Under the pieces are notes generated by a model that saw only the letters and a program-made list of their open reading frames with translations, made no database searches and was not told the DNA's origin. Positions 60,442-64,000 of a DNA stretch of 64,000 nt are shown piece by piece. The position numbers and the translations under genes were made by a program. The stretch is from an uncultured Chloroflexia bacterium (lineage in GTDB: Bacteria > Chloroflexota > Limnocylindria > Limnocylindrales > CSP1-4): the NCBI GenBank assembly GCA_963715245.1, contig CAVQRM010000001.1, positions 965,456-1,029,455 on the forward strand. Reading direction: 5' to 3'. Position 1 is the stretch's first letter. Every line of letters begins with the position of its first letter.

Positions 60442-62657
60442 GTGCGACGTATGAGGCTTGCCATGGCCGGTGCCATGGTCGCCGTCCTCGTGGTTGCCGC
60501 GCCCGTCGGCGCGGCCGGCCCGATCAGCCGGGGCACCTGACCGACGCGACGACGTCGCGCGCCCACCGTCGACAAGGCCTACGCGCTCGTGCAGCTCAAG
60601 GGCGCGCCCGTCTCCACGTGCGCGAAGACGAAGCCCGCCCCAGGGCAAGAAGGTCGACTTCAGCAGCGCGAGGTCAAGTCCTACCAGGCGCCGCCTCGCG
60701 GCCCAGCGCAACGAGTTCAAGGCGTGGCTCAGGAAGAACGCCCCGAAGGCGCGGGTCGACGAAGGGCTACGACCTCTCGCTCAACGCGGTCTCGGTCAAG
60801 CTCAACGGCACCAGCCTCGCGACGCTGCGCAAGTCGCTCGCTGGTCGTGCGCGCCCAGTACCAGGGCCTCTACCGCCCCACCGCCGACGACCCCGATCTC
60901 GCCCTGATCAACGCGATGCGCGGCATGGGCCGCGGTCGGTGGCTCGGCCAACGCCGGCGACGGCGTCAAGGTCGGCGTCATCGACTCCGGCATCGACGTC
61001 ACGCACCCGTGCTTCAGCGACGCCGGCTACCCGAACGTCGCCGCAGCGGGGCGATACCCGCTTCACCAACGACAAGGTCATCGTCGCCCGTGTGTTCAAC
61101 AACAAGGCCATGAGTCGCGGCTACACGGCCGAGGCCATCGAGGACCACGGCACCCACGTCGCGGGCACGGTCGCGTGCAACTTCGAGACCCCGGCGACGG
61201 TCAGCGGCGTCGACATCCCGCTACGACATCTCGGGCGTCGCGCCGCGCGCGCTGCTCGGCAACTACAACGTCTTCCCGGGCGACGTCGAGAACGCCCGCT
61301 CCGAGGACATCCTCAACGCCCTCGATGCCGCCTACGCGGACGGCATGGACATCGTCAACATGAGCCTCGGCGGCGGGGCGAACGGGATCCAGGACCTGCT
61401 CACGATCGCGGTCGACAACCTCGACATCGCGAACATGGTGTAGCGCGGTCTCGGCCGGCAACGAGCGGCCCCGGCCACTACACGGTCGGTCGCCCGGCTC
61501 CGCGGCCCGTGCCCTCACGGCCGGCGCCTCCACGGTTCCGCACTTCGTCGGCGCGCCGCTGACCGTCGGTGGCGCCACGTACGGCGTCGCCTCGGGCGAC
61601 TTCGCGGTGGTCGACAGCGACCTCACGGCCCCGCTCGGCGTGGTGACCGGTGGAACGCCCGCGACGGGCGGCCTCAACACCGCCTGCGCCGCGCTCCCGG
61701 CGGGCAGCCTGACCGGCGAGATCGCCCTGATCTCGCGTGGCGGCTGCGACGTTCTCGCAGAAGATCCGCAACGCCCAGGACGCCGGGGCCGTCGCGGCCA
61801 TCGTCGTCAACAACGTCGCCGGTGACCCCACCGCGATGGGCCTCGGCGGCATCGCCAACGAGCCCACCATCCCGGCCTACATGGCCGCGCTCGACGACCG
61901 CGCCGCGCTCGTGGCCGACGACGGCCTGGCCGCGACGATCGGCGCCGACATGGCGTACTTCGACACGCCCAACGCCGACATCATGGCCGACTTCAGCAGC
62001 CAGGGCCCGACCGACGTCGACTTCCGGGTCAAGCCGGACGTCGTCGCACCCGGCGTGAACGTGCTCAGCTCGGTCCCCGTGTCGTTCTGCGACGGCGACC
62101 CGTGCTTCGCGTTCTTCCAGGGCACCTCCATGGCGACCCCGCACCTCGCCGGCGCTGCGGCCATCGTCAAGCAGGCCCACCCGGCCTGGGCGGCGTGGCA
62201 GATCCGGTCGGCGATCGTCAACACGGCCGACACCAGCGTGCTCACCCAGTTCGCCGACGGCACGACCCCCGCGACCGACGTCAACATCTCGGGCACGGGC
62301 CGTCTCAACCTCGAGGCCGCGACCGACGCGGTCGCGCTCATCGGCCCCGTCAGCGTCAGCTTCGGCTCGGTGCCCGCCGGCTCCGGCGTGTCGCGGACCG
62401 CCACGGTCCGGGTCACCAACGCGGACGACGAGGTCCACACCTGGGACGTCGGCATCGCTGCCTATGGCACCGCGTCGGGCGTGACCTTCTCGACCAGCGT
62501 GTCTTCTGTCACCGTGGCCGCCGGCGCGACCGCGACGTTCAGCGTGAGGGCCGCGTTCGCCAAGGGCGCCCCGCGCGGCGACAAGCAGGCATGGCTCACG
62601 ATCACGGATGGCAGCGAGCTCGTCGCCCACGCCGCGGTCTACGCGTTCGTGAAGTAG
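60442..62657 (+). pseudogene. Secreted S8 (subtilisin-family) serine peptidase with a PA-domain insert. Many frame breaks lie between about 60530 and 61745; the last 306 codons are intact.
   Basis: GGAGGAG lies 7 nt before the GTG. The signal peptide is [21 protein letters not shown]. Joined segments: NEFKAWLRKNAP, YDLSLNAVSVKLNG, VKVGVIDSGIDVTHPCF (catalytic Asp), HGTHVAGTVA (catalytic His), DIVNMSLGG, SAGNE, then the intact FSQKIRNAQDAGAVAAIVVNN..FSSQGPT..KPDVVAPGVNVLS..FFQGTSMATPHLAGAAAIV (catalytic Ser). Confidence 0.8.
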
Positions 62658-62673
62658 TCCTCCGCACCACGTC

Positions 62674-62705
62674 CGAAGCCCCCGGCCACCGGCTCGGGGG
62701 CTTCG
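62674..62705 (+). terminator. Intrinsic-terminator-like hairpin after the first S8 gene.
   Basis: CGAAGCCCCCG-(GCCACCGGCT)-CGGGGGCTTCG is an 11-bp perfect stem starting 17 nt after the stop, followed by TGATT. Confidence 0.55.
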
Positions 62706-62987
62706 TGATTCGCGGCGCAGGGCGGACGCCGATCGACGGCGCGGTGCCGGACCCGTGGCGACACGGCGATCGCGGTGCGTCCGCGCACCGGCGCCGACGT
62801 CGAGGCGCGGGACTGGCGTTGACCCGCCACCGCCGGAGGAGTAGCGTCCCAGCCATGACGGCCGGTCCGCGGTGACCGGCCTGGAGGAGCCGGCGAGCGG
62901 CCGAGGGTGCTACCCGAGCGCCCCGGGGCGTCCCAGCCGCCGGTTGAACGCCGTCCCGGTGGGCGGATGTGACCCGAAAGGGAGGAT

Positions 62988-64000
62988 ATGGATCGACGGA
63001 GGCTGGCGGCCGCCCTCGTGGGCTCGGCCTTGCTCCTTGGCGCGGTGATCCCCGCGCCGATCCTCGCGAAGGACCCGCCGCGGCTCGGTGAGCTGCCGCA
63101 GGCCGTCGAGGACCTCAAGCTCGACGGGTCGGTCCGGCAGACGGATGGCGTCAGGCCGACCGTGCTCGCCGCCTCGCTGCGGACCGCCTCGGGCGCGCAG
63201 CAGGTCGTGATCCGGCTCAAGTCGGCGCCGACGGCCGCGGTCAAGGGCGCCGCGAAGCAGAAGGCGCAGCTGACCCGCGTCAACGCCCAGCAGCGGGCAT
63301 TCATCGCCCGTGCGAAGGACGTCACCGCCACCTTCAAGGTGCTCGGACGCACGCAGACGGCGCTCAACACCGTCCTCGCCCGCGTCAACGCGAAGTCGCT
63401 CGCGAAGCTCTCCCGCGACCCCGCGGTGCTGAGCATCCGCCCCGTCGTCGACTACCAGCTGGACCTCTCCGAGACCGTGCCCTACATCGGCGGCACGGCC
63501 GTCCAGGCGATGGGCGCCACGGGCGAGGGGATCACGGTCGCGGTGCTCGACTCGGGTATCGACTACACGCACGCTGCGTTTGGCGGCCCGGGCACGAGGC
63601 TTGCCTACGAGAACGCGTACGGCACCAAGCTCAAGCACGAGAAGAACGCCAAGATCAACGACGCCTACAAGGGCACGAAGCTGTACCCGACGGCCAAGGT
63701 CATCGGCGGCTACGACTTCGTGGGCGAGATGTGGGTCGGCGGTGCGGACAGCCCGCCGCTGGCACCCGATCCCGACCCGATCCCGTGCGGCCCCGGCGCG
63801 ATTGCCGAGGTCTGTGACGGCTCCCACGGATCCCACGTCGCGGACATCATCGCCGGCGTCAACGGCGTCGCCCCGGATGCGACCCTGCTGGCCGTGAAGG
63901 TCTGCTCGTCCATCTCCACCGCCTGCTCCGGGGTCGCCCTGATCCAGGGCATGGACTTCGCGCTCGATCCCAATGGCGACGGCTCCACGGCCGATGCCGC
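62988..64000 (+). CDS. Second secreted S8 serine peptidase with an N-terminal inhibitor-I9-like propeptide. The 3' end is outside the window.
   Basis: Not in the ORF track because it is open at the window edge; I translated it manually. AAGGGAGGA lies 4 nt before the ATG. The sequence runs MDRRRLAAALVGSALLLGAVIPAPILA..VVIRLKS..LSIRPVVDY..ITVAVLDSGIDYTHAAFGG (Asp)..VIGGYDFVG..CDGSHGSHVADIIAG (His). No frame breaks occur in 1 kb. Confidence 0.8.
   Translation, partial: MDRRRLAAALVGSALLLGAVIPAPILAKDPPRLGELPQAVEDLKLDGSVRQTDGVRPTVLAASLRTASGAQQVVIRLKSAPTAAVKGAAKQKAQLTRVNAQQRAFIARAKDVTATFKVLGRTQTALNTVLARVNAKSLAKLSRDPAVLSIRPVVDYQLDLSETVPYIGGTAVQAMGATGEGITVAVLDSGIDYTHAAFGGPGTRLAYENAYGTKLKHEKNAKINDAYKGTKLYPTAKVIGGYDFVGEMWVGGADSPPLAPDPDPIPCGPGAIAEVCDGSHGSHVADIIAGVNGVAPDATLLAVKVCSSISTACSGVALIQGMDFALDPNGDGSTADA

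Overview
This is 64 kb of very GC-rich bacterial chromosome, roughly 70 % G+C by eye with third codon positions almost all G/C. It holds about 60 tightly packed protein genes, many joined by ATGA or GTGA start/stop overlaps. The gene content suggests a high-GC Gram-positive, actinobacterium-like organism, but that is inference: Lgt plus many lipobox lipoproteins, an RND pump with no adaptor or outer-membrane partner, a sufB-sufD-Rieske arrangement, an ECF sigma with an RskA-like anti-sigma, and an MbfA-like iron exporter.

Modules in order:
- 1-3899: NAD(P)-linked group-3-type [NiFe]-hydrogenase gamma/delta/alpha genes, a maturation protease and a CBS-domain protein.
- 3960-6817, minus strand: a convergent four-subunit 2-oxoacid:ferredoxin oxidoreductase operon.
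- 6969-8803: a host-attachment/baeRF-like protein, a YbaK deacylase and a degenerate P-loop protein.
- 9134-12323: ArsR-DsrE-TusA-DsrE-TusA-SQR sulfur module, followed by an AI-2E permease.
- 13619-17473: aminotransferase, lipoprotein/membrane pair, phosphotriesterase-like hydrolase and OsmC.
- 17757-21838: MarR plus RND pump.
- 21978-31902: META lipoprotein, doubled AI-2E permease, YcaQ/AlkZ-like, Eis-like, DUF2252, UPF0104 membrane protein and a GH13 glucosidase.
- 32067-35251: sufB-sufD-Rieske.
- 35258-43189: miscellaneous metabolic and membrane genes, including an FAD oxidase/ornithine cyclodeaminase pair, an MbfA-like exporter and a cupin.
- 43335-45319: Lrp regulator, ECF sigma and anti-sigma.
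- 45884-50552: lgt, two PlsC-type acyltransferases and an MFS-cNMP fusion.
- 50575-55557: cystathionine beta-synthase and gamma-lyase/synthase, separated by small genes.
- 55564-64000: a 621-aa orphan lipoprotein, pckA, mdh and two S8 peptidases.

I saw no rRNA, tRNA, CRISPR array, transposase, integrase or phage genes, and no recognisable defence island.

Main anomalies:
1. Single-base frame breaks are clustered in otherwise motif-perfect plus-strand genes (hydrogenase genes, dsrE, sufD, CBS, pckA, mdh, the first S8 peptidase). Long neighbouring genes are clean. This could be an assembly or consensus artefact or very recent pseudogenisation; I cannot decide from sequence alone.
2. The duplicated DsrE/TusA relay wired to SQR and a two-Cys ArsR regulator.
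3. Several short tandem or inverted repeat arrays, both intergenic and in-frame inside the RND gene.
4. Unusual domain fusions and orphan proteins.

I found no convincing candidate for a wholly new multi-gene system. The sulfur module and the repeat arrays are the best leads.
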